Made by a program: the position numbers and the translations under genes
Shown here: one piece after another, positions 37,445 to 46,729 of the stretch
Position numbering within the stretch: position 1 is the first letter of the stretch
Layout: every line of letters begins with the position of its first letter
NCBI GenBank assembly: GCA_019747735.1
Contig: JAIEQL010000014.1
Location: 73,013-137,012, forward strand
Direction of reading: 5' to 3'
Source of the DNA: Chthoniobacterales bacterium
Lineage (GTDB): Bacteria; Verrucomicrobiota; Verrucomicrobiia; Chthoniobacterales; UBA6821
Length of the DNA stretch: 64,000 nt
The notes under the pieces: model-generated
The model's database searches: none
Seen by the model: only the letters and a program-made list of their open reading frames with translations
What the model was told of the DNA's origin: nothing

Positions 37445-40300
37445 TTAAAAAACATCGAGGTGGATATTACCTTCTACCCAAGGATTGATAGCCTTGCGCC
37501 ATTCAAAATTAGATTGACAACCAGTCCATGCAAAGGGAGGTTTTTCTACAATTTTGCCTGATTTTTTATCTTGAACCTGGCGAGAGCCTTTAAATTTATC
37601 TGAAGGAAAGCGATAGCGTCGAAGCCCATCAGCACTTTCTAAGCCATACCAACCATTTGTCTCACCCCAACTATTCGGGCCACGAGGAGATACATTTGAT
37701 TCATAATAATTGGGGCCCACCCATAATTTACCAAGTTCATTAGAAGCCTTGGTTGAAACAGCTGTCTTTTTTGGATATCCATCCATAATTTCAAAGAGAT
37801 TAGGCGTACCTCCTTTGTTTTTAATACGCTCTATAATTGGCTCAGCCCACCTTTTTATAATTTCTTCGGGAGAAAAATGATTAGAAGAAATAAAAACATC
37901 ACTTTCTATTTTTTTTACTACAGAAAAATATTTTTGCATGAGTTCCACTATTTCTCTTTCTTCTAAAGTAATTTCATCATCACTCGGGCGCAGTTTTCTC
38001 TTTATTTCATCAAAAGCATCTATCAATTTTTGAAGAAATTTTGTTGTTGTTAATTTAGGTCTGCTCACTGCAAAGAGTGACATCCTATCGGTTTTAAAAA
38101 TTTCCTCTGTGACTTCATGTTGTTTTTCTATATTAGCTAAAATCACCTCAGCTGAGGGCTGGCCTACTAATTCCCTTAAGGCATTCTCGCATTTTTCAGC
38201 CAATTCCAAGGCCTTAACTAAAGGCTCATTGAATATCTTGTGACGGAGGCAATTTTCAATAAATTCTCTTGCAGCTTCAGGAACAATATCTTCATAGGCA
38301 TTCAGAACAAAAGGATCTTGAGCATTGTTCATTATTTGCTGGAGCTGCTCTAGCGCATCTTTGCAAGCGATAGAATTAGCTAGAGGCAATTCTTCCCTGT
38401 ATGGAGTAAATAATGGTTTGTTGACTCCATCAGGAAAAAATTTATCTCTGAATTGCATTAATTTCTTAGCTAGCTTTTTTTTCTCTTTTTCAAACGCACC
38501 TAGCCCATCGTATTCTTTGATGAGATCACCAATCTTAGCTTTGGCTTTTGTGCTCCTAGTTGCACCGGCAACATCTTCAAAAGACCTTTTTCTGGAAGCA
38601 AGATATTCTTGATAAACAAAAAATTTCTGAGCCTGTTTTATGCTGCATTCTATTTCACTACGCTTTAGTATTATCTCTTGTTCTGTTGACTCTAAATCGT
38701 GCTGCATCAACCCAACTTCTTCGCTATTACCATCGTTCTGATCTGCTATTAATTTTTTCAGTTGCTCTTCTAACAAAGCTGATCTCTCTTCTAGCCTCTC
38801 TAATTGCTTCGATCCTTCCTCTATGGAGCCTAATTCTTTCTTTAATGTTTCTAAGTTGCCCACATGAGTAGCTGCCTGTTTTATTTCCGATTTATACTCT
38901 TTAGACTCACAATAGTTAAGAAGATCTTGTTTATCCATTTTACCAATTTCTTGAAGTGGCATGATCCTTGGCGACAGCAGCTGTTTAAAAGCACTCAACC
39001 GCTCTTGAGCTTTTCGAGCCATTTCAGGAAAGACTTTATCTCTACACTGAGCCAATTTTTTCTGTTCTTCTTGGCCAACGAGAGTCAGCTCCTTGTATAT
39101 TTTTGTAATCGCAGCAAGTTTTTCCTTTTGCTCTTGTTGATTTTCAGACTTAAGTTTTGAACGCAATGTGCTAAGAGCTTTGCCTCTAGATAAAAGATAT
39201 TTTTGATAGTGAAAAAACAACTTGCCTTCTTTCATGACATCGCTGGTTGCACCCTTGATTTTCTCGCTGATTACTTGTAGCCCTTGATTACCAATGACCT
39301 TCCAGAGCTCATCTAAATTTTTTTTAAATGCTGCTACAAGTTCACGCAGGACAGGCAATTTGATTTTCGTGTACACAAGTTCAAGGAGATCATAACCAGA
39401 GAGATCATTTAGCCGTTCTATTTCTTCAACTGAAAGAGATTTTCCGTTAGCGCAATCTATTGCTCTCATCATGAGATTAAGCTCTTTGGCACTTAATGCG
39501 TTATGCCAAGGTTCCATTAAATTATTTTTTATTTTCTCCTTCCATTCAACAGAAGCAACACATGACAAAAAGCTCTCTCTAATTGCCCTGTTTTCTGCTC
39601 GAGTGTTAGGTGAAAAAACAATTTCCTCTTTAGGTTCAATTCCTTTTTCTGTGATAACTAGTCGTGTTGCTTCTGGGTTTTCATGAAAAGCTTTTTGAAA
39701 ATTAGCTAATAAACTTTTTCGGAGCGCCTCTACTGCATCGCAGGAAGCCTGCACAAGCTCTGTTAGGCGATCTTCAATTTGCTGACCCGCGATTGTTCCA
39801 ATGTTGTTTGCTCGTCCAAGAACATCCGCCTTCTCTTTGTAGCGCTCGTATCGATTGCTCCATTTTTGATAAAGCTCACGGAGTTCTTTTTCTGAAATTG
39901 CAGTCCCCTTTCCTCCTAAATCAGCAATGACCTTTCGAGCCTCTTGGGTTCTTTGTTCCAGGATATCTAGATTCGAAAGATTTTCCTCTTCCAAGAGGTC
40001 CCGGGATCGTGGAACCGCCTCCTTTTTTGGACTTGTAAGAATCTTTCCTTGGCCATCACTTGATTCATTACTTTCGCTCTTGAGGAGCACGTTCTTGACA
40101 GAAGCAGAAGGAACATAACTTGTCCCAACGTTATTGATAAGCCCCCGCTCTTCTTCCTCTTTGCTATATTTTCCAGCCTTTTCAGCCTCTTTACTCTTTG
40201 AGTCTTCGTCGTTTTTTGTTTCTGCTTTCATCATCGCGCTCACGCGCACAGGCGCAAGCACAAGGAGGATTAGGAGTAGCAAGAAGGAAAGTTTTTTCAT
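37445..40300 (-). CDS. giant-family paralog 2: secreted helical protein with a non-helical W/G/P/N-rich C-terminal domain
   Basis: 951 aa. Signal peptide MKKLSFLLLLILLVLAPVRVSAM, the shared N-terminal module, a long K/E/Q-rich helical body, and a last ~120 aa of different composition. Confidence 0.85.
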   Translation of the reverse strand: MKKLSFLLLLILLVLAPVRVSAMMKAETKNDEDSKSKEAEKAGKYSKEEEERGLINNVGTSYVPSASVKNVLLKSESNESSDGQGKILTSPKKEAVPRSRDLLEEENLSNLDILEQRTQEARKVIADLGGKGTAISEKELRELYQKWSNRYERYKEKADVLGRANNIGTIAGQQIEDRLTELVQASCDAVEALRKSLLANFQKAFHENPEATRLVITEKGIEPKEEIVFSPNTRAENRAIRESFLSCVASVEWKEKIKNNLMEPWHNALSAKELNLMMRAIDCANGKSLSVEEIERLNDLSGYDLLELVYTKIKLPVLRELVAAFKKNLDELWKVIGNQGLQVISEKIKGATSDVMKEGKLFFHYQKYLLSRGKALSTLRSKLKSENQQEQKEKLAAITKIYKELTLVGQEEQKKLAQCRDKVFPEMARKAQERLSAFKQLLSPRIMPLQEIGKMDKQDLLNYCESKEYKSEIKQAATHVGNLETLKKELGSIEEGSKQLERLEERSALLEEQLKKLIADQNDGNSEEVGLMQHDLESTEQEIILKRSEIECSIKQAQKFFVYQEYLASRKRSFEDVAGATRSTKAKAKIGDLIKEYDGLGAFEKEKKKLAKKLMQFRDKFFPDGVNKPLFTPYREELPLANSIACKDALEQLQQIMNNAQDPFVLNAYEDIVPEAAREFIENCLRHKIFNEPLVKALELAEKCENALRELVGQPSAEVILANIEKQHEVTEEIFKTDRMSLFAVSRPKLTTTKFLQKLIDAFDEIKRKLRPSDDEITLEEREIVELMQKYFSVVKKIESDVFISSNHFSPEEIIKRWAEPIIERIKNKGGTPNLFEIMDGYPKKTAVSTKASNELGKLWVGPNYYESNVSPRGPNSWGETNGWYGLESADGLRRYRFPSDKFKGSRQVQDKKSGKIVEKPPFAWTGCQSNFEWRKAINPWVEGNIHLDVF

Positions 40301-40388
40301 GAAGGAGGAAATTGTTTTTTATGAAAACTAGAGAAAAACCAAAGAGTCATAAAGAAAGTTTTAAGGAAATAAAGCCCCCCTGTTTTTT

Positions 40389-40560
40389 TATAATATAGTC
40401 AAATTACTTAGAAATTACATGAAAGAACGCAGAGATTTTTAGAAAAGGCAAGGCCGAAGAGCGAGCGCTATATCTTATAACGGGAGTAATGAGAACGCAG
40501 TCTTTTCCTGAAAAGATCACGTCAATTTTGTGTAATTTCTAAGTAATTTGACTATTATGA
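40389..40560. repeat. 172-nt palindromic element (family D; arms ataata(ta)gtcaaattacttagaaattaca)
   Basis: Arms of about 30 nt at 40389-40419 and 40531-40560 are complementary apart from a 2-nt indel. The right arm encodes the last ~8 codons and the stop of the 1257-aa ORF. Confidence 0.8.
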
Positions 40561-43500
40561 GTTAATTTTTTTTCTGCCTTAGAAGAAAGCTCTCGTGCTT
40601 TTTTTTCAGCGGCTTCTGCTTTAAGATTGTGTTGTTTCTTATCCGCTTTGGAATATTGCTTTGCAGCTTGCTCCTTTTCCGTTGCAGCTACGATCGATTG
40701 CTCAAGAGCATCAGTCGCCAAACGTGTTGCTTCTAGCAGATTTGCTTTTTGCTGCTCATTTCCCGAAGCAGAAGAGTTCATTGCTTGCACATAATATTGG
40801 CGAGCTTGTTCCAATTGACTTTTTACCTGTTTTGGAAATTCGGAGCCGCTTTGTTTTTTTTCTAGAATTTTTAAAAGGTATTCATCAAGCCTATCGTCGA
40901 GCTCTTCTAAAACAAAAGTGTGATTACTGAAAGGTTCGCCAGCAGTAACATTTTGAACTCTCTCTGTTTTTTTAATGAGCTTGGCAAGGAGTTGTTGAAG
41001 TTCTTTTTTTTGTTCTTCAAACTTCGGTCCTAATTCTTTTTTCTCCTTAGCAGCATTAAGCTCCTCTAGATTATTCTTGAGCATTGCCTCTACTGCTTGT
41101 GCCACTCTATTCCAAAGATGGTAATTTTTTTCATTATCTTCTAAAGTTGCTCTCAAGGCATTCATAAGATAGTCAAATACTGCTTTCTCTCCTGTGCGTA
41201 AACTTTGTAAAGCAGCCTCACCTTTTTGATTCCATTTTTGTTGTTTTTTGCCACCTGTCTTAAAATCAGGCTGAGCTTGAAGGTCTCTTTCTATCTGATT
41301 GACCCGATCACTGATCTTTTTCCAAGCATTAAATGATAAAGCTTGAGCTAATTGAGGATGAATTGCTAGTTTCTTCAACTGAGCAATTCTCTGGCATTGA
41401 TTAGGGTCATTAGTTTTAAAAAACAAAAGTGTCAGCGCTGCTTCTTGTTCTTTAATTTCAGCAAGCTCTTTTTTTCCTGCCTCCATCATGGTGGCTGCTT
41501 CCACAAATAAATCGCTAGCAGAATGGAGTGCTTGAGCCTCTTGAAGGGAGGTGTTATTTAATATCCCTTCGTTTCTTTTTTTAGCTGCATCATTAAGATG
41601 TTGAGCAGCTCGTAAATAAAATTTAGAAGCAGTTGGTGTTTCTTTAGCTTCTGCCTTAATAAAGAGGCGAGCAGCATTTTGAAACTCCTCCCCTACTGTG
41701 AGCAGTTGTTTGCGAGTTTCTGGCTTGTCAATGGCATCTTTAATACTCTTTTCAGCAGCTGAGAGAGCCTCTATTGTTTTTTTCCAGTTATTATCGTAAT
41801 AATAAGAACCATAAGAACGGTTAGCACCACTAGCATTTTTTCTCAATAAAGCTCTCTCGAGACAAAGCCCCTGTAGGTGCATTAATAATAACATCTTTTC
41901 ATCATCAAGAGCTTTTTGTTTGAGAGCCTTTTCTCCATATTCAATAGCTTGATCATAATCTTTAAAAAAATCACCTGTAGCATAAGAAAAATTATTCAGA
42001 ATAGCCTCTTTTGCGAGAGCCTGAGCTGTTTGGAAATAAAGATCGTTATAGGAACGTATGGCTTCTTCATCCAAAGGAGTCGAGGATGGCTGAATTTTGG
42101 AAATATAACTTCCTATCTTCTCTAAATAAGGTTTGCTCTCAGTAAAAAAGGGCTCATAAGAGTTCAATTTTTCTTTTTCTTTTTTCAGTTGCTCATCCAT
42201 TTGCCTCAACTCATTCTGATTACTTTCTTCCCAACTTCCCCTTGCTCGACGTTCTGCTAGCTCAAAATAATGTTTGATCGCTTCTTGATAGCTTTTCATT
42301 TTTTCCATCAGCAATGCTGTCACTTCTGGGAAGGTGCCTTTCTCTAACGTAGAAATGAGAGCATTATGATTGATCGCTTTTTGCCAATAATCTGATGCAG
42401 TGTTAATGTGCTTATCAAAAGGCTCATCGTAGCCATAGTAGTAGCGCTCACTAGAAGATAAAGAAGCCTTCTTCATCCTCTCAGTTTTGCTTTTCAAGGC
42501 ATCAATTTTTCCTCGAATAGTACTCTCATCATCATTCTCTATAGCAGCTGCATTCACTAAATGGACAGTAGCATCTTGAAAATAGAAGATCCCTTTTGTC
42601 CATAATTCAGCCAGGTCTGAATGAATTGCCCCGTCAGCTTTCTTTTTAAGGGAAGCGGCATAAGAGGATTGCTCTTTGATTTGAGTCGTTATGTTTTTGG
42701 CTGCTTCTACCAAGGAGTTAGCAATAGAAGAAGCATGAATCTCTCTCTTTCCATTATTTCGTTGAAAATAATCAGCTGCTATTTTCCAGAGAGTTGCTAC
42801 TTGCTGATGTGGTGACTTGGCGGCTTTAGTAAGGCACCAAGCAGCCATAAACTGATCATTCCATTGGTCTAGATTTTCTTTTTTTTCAATATGGTCTGCT
42901 ATTTCAGTCCATAAAGCAGCCAGCCTATCGTCTCTATTTTTCTTAGCTTCTTGAGCTCGAATTCGATAATCTTTAATGAAATCCTCTTGGTTTTTTTCGG
43001 CTTCATGAAATTTACGAACTAAAATAATATTGGGATCCAAGTGCGTTTCAGCCCGATTCTCAACTTGAGATTTCCTGTTTTTCATTACTGTCCAATAGCT
43101 TTTCTCTGTTTTATATCCCATTATTCTTGCTTCTTCTTCCTTTGCAAAAACATAGGCCTGCCACGCAGCGAAAGTACCTAATTTTTTTGTGGTAATATTT
43201 CTCCAAAGATTTGAGAGGTGATGGTGTTGAGCTTGCTCAGCCTCGTTAGCTTTGTCGATGAAGCCTAGATAAAAGCGTGTGTCTTTATAAAATTCCTCGC
43301 CGCTATGATAATAATAATATTCCTTCTGCTTAAGTATATTTTCAATAGCCTCCAACCCTCTAGCAGTAGGAAACAACTCACTGGCAGTTTTAACACATAA
43401 AATCAGATCATTTGCTACGTCATTATTTACTTGAAGTGCTTTTTTACTAAACCCCATTTCTAAGAGATATTCTCTAATCCAGTCTAAAGAATAGTAGTGT

Positions 43501-44312
43501 GCAACAAAGATCTTGAAGGCCTTTTCTGTTAACCATTGCTTTGCTTTTTCATTTTTTTTCGGTTGTGGAGCTTTCAATGAAATCTGCTCTAGAGACTTCA
43601 CAGCAGGAGGTGCAGAAATTTCTTTTCCTGGGCTGAGAAGCTCCTCTGTGTTGATTAAAGTAGAACGCACCGTCTCATCATGAGAAAAACGACTTAAGCT
43701 TTTGGTAATCTCTTCAAGAACCTGGGAAGAGATTGTTACTAGCTCTGCAAGTCTTTCTTCAAGGAGCTGATGCTCGATACCAGTTTTTTCTAAGTTAGAA
43801 AACTCCGCCTGAGCTTGTTGATAGTGCTCACAATGATTAGCCCATGTTTCATAAAGCTCGAGAAGCACTGGTTCTTCAAGTGGAAGCCCTTTTCCTGTTA
43901 ACTGGGCAATCACCTCCTGAGCCTCTTTAGTTTTTTGTTCTAGGACATCTAAATTAAAAAAATTCTCGTTAAAGGGATCAGCTCCATAGTGTTTTACTTT
44001 GGATGCCTCTCCTGCTATTTTACTATCAGTCCCTTGATCCAGGAATTCCGAAGCTGCCTCTCCTATTGATTCCTCGTTAGAGCTACTGCTCTCACCTTCA
44101 CTCTTCCAAAAAGCCTTTGTTGTACCACCGCGGCTTGGTCCAACACTTTGGATAAGGTCCTTCTTTTGTTGCTCCTCGCTGGATTTTAGAATCTCTTTCT
44201 TTTGTGATTTTTCCTGTTTCTGATATTCTCCTCCTCTTTTTATCATCGCGCTCACGCGCAGGGGTGCCAGCACAAGGGCGCTCAAAAGCAAAAGAAGAGG
44301 AAATTTTCTCAC
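40539..44312 (-). CDS. giant-family paralog 3: secreted K/E/Q/W-rich helical protein
   Basis: 1257 aa with an apparent GTG start. Signal peptide (M)RKFPLLLLLSALVLAPLRVSAM and the shared N-terminal module. Recurrent (L/I)W..a...Y/F helix-repeat motifs. Confidence 0.85.
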   Translation of the reverse strand: MRKFPLLLLLSALVLAPLRVSAMIKRGGEYQKQEKSQKKEILKSSEEQQKKDLIQSVGPSRGGTTKAFWKSEGESSSSNEESIGEAASEFLDQGTDSKIAGEASKVKHYGADPFNENFFNLDVLEQKTKEAQEVIAQLTGKGLPLEEPVLLELYETWANHCEHYQQAQAEFSNLEKTGIEHQLLEERLAELVTISSQVLEEITKSLSRFSHDETVRSTLINTEELLSPGKEISAPPAVKSLEQISLKAPQPKKNEKAKQWLTEKAFKIFVAHYYSLDWIREYLLEMGFSKKALQVNNDVANDLILCVKTASELFPTARGLEAIENILKQKEYYYYHSGEEFYKDTRFYLGFIDKANEAEQAQHHHLSNLWRNITTKKLGTFAAWQAYVFAKEEEARIMGYKTEKSYWTVMKNRKSQVENRAETHLDPNIILVRKFHEAEKNQEDFIKDYRIRAQEAKKNRDDRLAALWTEIADHIEKKENLDQWNDQFMAAWCLTKAAKSPHQQVATLWKIAADYFQRNNGKREIHASSIANSLVEAAKNITTQIKEQSSYAASLKKKADGAIHSDLAELWTKGIFYFQDATVHLVNAAAIENDDESTIRGKIDALKSKTERMKKASLSSSERYYYGYDEPFDKHINTASDYWQKAINHNALISTLEKGTFPEVTALLMEKMKSYQEAIKHYFELAERRARGSWEESNQNELRQMDEQLKKEKEKLNSYEPFFTESKPYLEKIGSYISKIQPSSTPLDEEAIRSYNDLYFQTAQALAKEAILNNFSYATGDFFKDYDQAIEYGEKALKQKALDDEKMLLLMHLQGLCLERALLRKNASGANRSYGSYYYDNNWKKTIEALSAAEKSIKDAIDKPETRKQLLTVGEEFQNAARLFIKAEAKETPTASKFYLRAAQHLNDAAKKRNEGILNNTSLQEAQALHSASDLFVEAATMMEAGKKELAEIKEQEAALTLLFFKTNDPNQCQRIAQLKKLAIHPQLAQALSFNAWKKISDRVNQIERDLQAQPDFKTGGKKQQKWNQKGEAALQSLRTGEKAVFDYLMNALRATLEDNEKNYHLWNRVAQAVEAMLKNNLEELNAAKEKKELGPKFEEQKKELQQLLAKLIKKTERVQNVTAGEPFSNHTFVLEELDDRLDEYLLKILEKKQSGSEFPKQVKSQLEQARQYYVQAMNSSASGNEQQKANLLEATRLATDALEQSIVAATEKEQAAKQYSKADKKQHNLKAEAAEKKARELSSKAEKKLTHNSQIT

Positions 44313-44637
44313 TGTTGGTTTTTTAGAGTTGGTTGGATTTTTCTAGAAAATTAGAGCGATAACAAATAGCAAAAATTTACTTCAACTTCAACTTCAACTC
44401 ATCTCTATTTTTCTAGTGAGCATCATGACTTACAACGCTTTTAATAAGATCACTTCTTACAAATCAATCACTAAAATTAACGCATATAGTTAAAAAAGAC
44501 TTTGACAAACACACTGATTAATATCTATTATTTCCTATCTGAGAGTTGAAAAACTCATCCAGTGTAAGACAACATACTTCCCCCCTACCTAGGAAAAACC
44601 AATTCTTGTTCCCCCCAAGAACATCACTATTGGGCTA

Positions 44638-44777
44638 GAGCATATTAAAAAATTCTGTAGCCGCTTCATTGCGTCGTCGCTTCGGTGCTCGCTCCATCGA
44701 GTATTGGCTATACACTCCCTCGCTGTGCGCCTCAGCTCCTGGCACTGCATCGACTACAAAAAATTTTAATGATGCTC
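44638..44777 (-). repeat. family A palindromic element, copy A3 (inverted core, Y-type arms)
   Basis: Arms gagcatattaaaaaattctgtag / ctacaaaaaattttaatgatgctc. The core is the reverse complement of the A2/A4 core with scattered substitutions. TA flanks both ends. Confidence 0.8.
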
Positions 44778-44811
44778 TAAGATGGCTGTAGTTTTATTTA
44801 AAATGCTCTAA

Positions 44812-44952
44812 GAGGGTGTCTTGAAAATGAATAAAATTGATGCAGTATCAGGAGCGAAGCGCACAGACCCGCAGTGTATATGGACATACTCGAGGACGCG
44901 AGCACTGGAGCGACGCCGTAATGCGCAATTTTAGTCTTTTCAAGACACCCTC
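44812..44952 (+). repeat. family A palindromic element, copy A4
   Basis: Differs from A2 at 2 positions by hand comparison. TAA flanks both sides (44809-11 and 44953-55). Preceded by a solo Y arm at 44783-44808. Confidence 0.88.
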
Positions 44953-45010
44953 TAAATGGCTGAATATTTATCCCCACCTTCGCAGGGACAAGCTTGACAG
45001 TTACTCCCTC

Positions 45011-46729
45011 CTACATTCTTTCCGGAACACCAATCCCCAAGAGTTCTAATCCTTCTTTGAGCACACGTGCAGTGAGTTCTGCCAGTGCAAGCCGAGATTG
45101 TTTAATCGCATCTTCTGCCTTGAGGATGGGACACTGTTCATAAAAGCGATGAAAGCTATTGGCTAACTCATAAAGAGCTAAACAGAGTACATTAGGGCGC
45201 AAATCGAAGAGAACCGCCGGTATAACTTCTCCAAACTGCAACAGTTGTAAAGCCAGAGCACGCTCTGCTTCTTCTTGGAGGCAAATGGAACCCAACTCTA
45301 TTGTCTCACTTTCCTCTTTTGCTTTTCTAAAAATGGAACGAATACGGACATACGCATTCTGCAGATAAGGGGCTGTATTTCCTTGGAACGATAACATTTT
45401 GTCCCATGAAAAAATATAATCAGTCATTCGATGCTGCATGAGATCCGCGTATTTCAACGCCCCTAGGCCAATGGTTCTGGCAATTTCTTTTTTTTCTTCC
45501 AGTGAAAAATCAGGGTTTTTTTCTGCGACAATTTGAAAAGCACGATCAATGGCTTCCTTGAGCAAGCTTCCAAGCTCGATATTATCACCGCTGCGGGTTT
45601 TCATCATCTTTCGATCTTCACCCAGAATGCTTCCAAAAGCGACGTGGCGAAAATCAGAATTCAATCCAAGACGCCGTGCCACTGCCATCAGTTGCTCAAA
45701 ATGAAGCTGTTGTGGGACTCCGCAGACGTACCAGACAGCATCCGGATGCCAGCGTTGCTCACGATATTCGAGGGTTGCAATATCCGTTGTTGCATAAAGA
45801 AAACCACCATCGGATTTACGAATAAGAAAGGGCTTATCAAGTAGCGTTGGATGATTATGGAAAAAAATAACGATGGCTCCTTCGCTTTCTTGAGCAATTT
45901 TTTCTTTGATTAATCGCTCTACAAGTGGAGCCAAAGCCTCATTGTAGAAGCTTTCCCCGAGATGCTCATCAAAAGAAATAGAGAGGAGCTGATATTGTTG
46001 TTCAAATTCCTTCCACGAAAGTTGCACAACTTTTTTCCAAATAGATAAATTTTCAACATCCCCCTGTTGTAATTTCACCAACTCTTCACGGACAGCTGCT
46101 TTAAGTACAGGGTCACTTTCTTCCAAAGCATTCACTTCACGATAAAGGCGAACTAATTCATTAACTGGAGCTGAAACAAGTGCTGCCTCATTGAGAAAGT
46201 GCTTCCAACCGTAAATAACTTTTCCAAATTGTGTCCCCCAATCGCCAATGTGATTGTCGGTAATAACCCGATGCCCTAAAAACCTGGCGATACGAGCCAA
46301 GGAGTCTCCTAAAATAGTACTGCGAATATGTCCCACGTGCATTGGCTTTGCCACATTGGGAGAACTAAAATCAATAACGATTGTTCGCGGCTTGTTGGCT
46401 ACGGGAACTCCAATTCGTGCGTCCTGCAGCAAGGTAGTGACTTGCTTTGCGAGAAAATCATTACTGAAACGAAAATTAATAAACCCAGCTCCTGCTATTT
46501 CTAGGGAGCAATCTTCCAGCTGAAAGGAAGCTACAATCTGCTGAGCCAGCTCACGTGGATTTTTTTTCAATTGCTTGGCTGCTACCATGGCTGCATTGGT
46601 CTGATAATCACCAAATCGTGCATCAGCTGCCATTGTAACAACAGCGAGCTCAGAGTTGATGCCAACCGTTGCAAGAGCCTCTACGAGCCGCTCGGTTAAA
46701 AGTGTGTGGAGCGTTTTGTACTCGTTCAT
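45011..46729 (-). CDS. argS: arginine--tRNA ligase
   Basis: 572 aa with class I HIGH-type PMHVGHIRS and a C-terminal anticodon-binding DALR domain ending ...GIGVPERM. Confidence 0.93.
   Translation of the reverse strand: MNEYKTLHTLLTERLVEALATVGINSELAVVTMAADARFGDYQTNAAMVAAKQLKKNPRELAQQIVASFQLEDCSLEIAGAGFINFRFSNDFLAKQVTTLLQDARIGVPVANKPRTIVIDFSSPNVAKPMHVGHIRSTILGDSLARIARFLGHRVITDNHIGDWGTQFGKVIYGWKHFLNEAALVSAPVNELVRLYREVNALEESDPVLKAAVREELVKLQQGDVENLSIWKKVVQLSWKEFEQQYQLLSISFDEHLGESFYNEALAPLVERLIKEKIAQESEGAIVIFFHNHPTLLDKPFLIRKSDGGFLYATTDIATLEYREQRWHPDAVWYVCGVPQQLHFEQLMAVARRLGLNSDFRHVAFGSILGEDRKMMKTRSGDNIELGSLLKEAIDRAFQIVAEKNPDFSLEEKKEIARTIGLGALKYADLMQHRMTDYIFSWDKMLSFQGNTAPYLQNAYVRIRSIFRKAKEESETIELGSICLQEEAERALALQLLQFGEVIPAVLFDLRPNVLCLALYELANSFHRFYEQCPILKAEDAIKQSRLALAELTARVLKEGLELLGIGVPERM

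Noticed and set aside
37445-37830. Assigning the paralog-2 C-terminal domain to a named toxin family (ART R-S-E, papain-like Cys-His, HNH or EndoU nucleases)
   Set aside because: The motif order and spacing (RRYRF .. TGCQSNFEW .. GNIHLD) fit none of these signatures convincingly. It is kept only as an unassigned candidate domain.
44837-45049. 70-aa ORF, and 35-40-codon ORFs starting in the arms of family A copies (for example MNKIDAVPGAKRTDPQCIW.. in A2/A4)
   Set aside because: They lie within repeat elements. Differences between A1 and A2/A4 in the shared frame are mostly non-synonymous, and A3 is inverted. I see no evidence of coding constraint, although a micro-peptide cannot be fully excluded.
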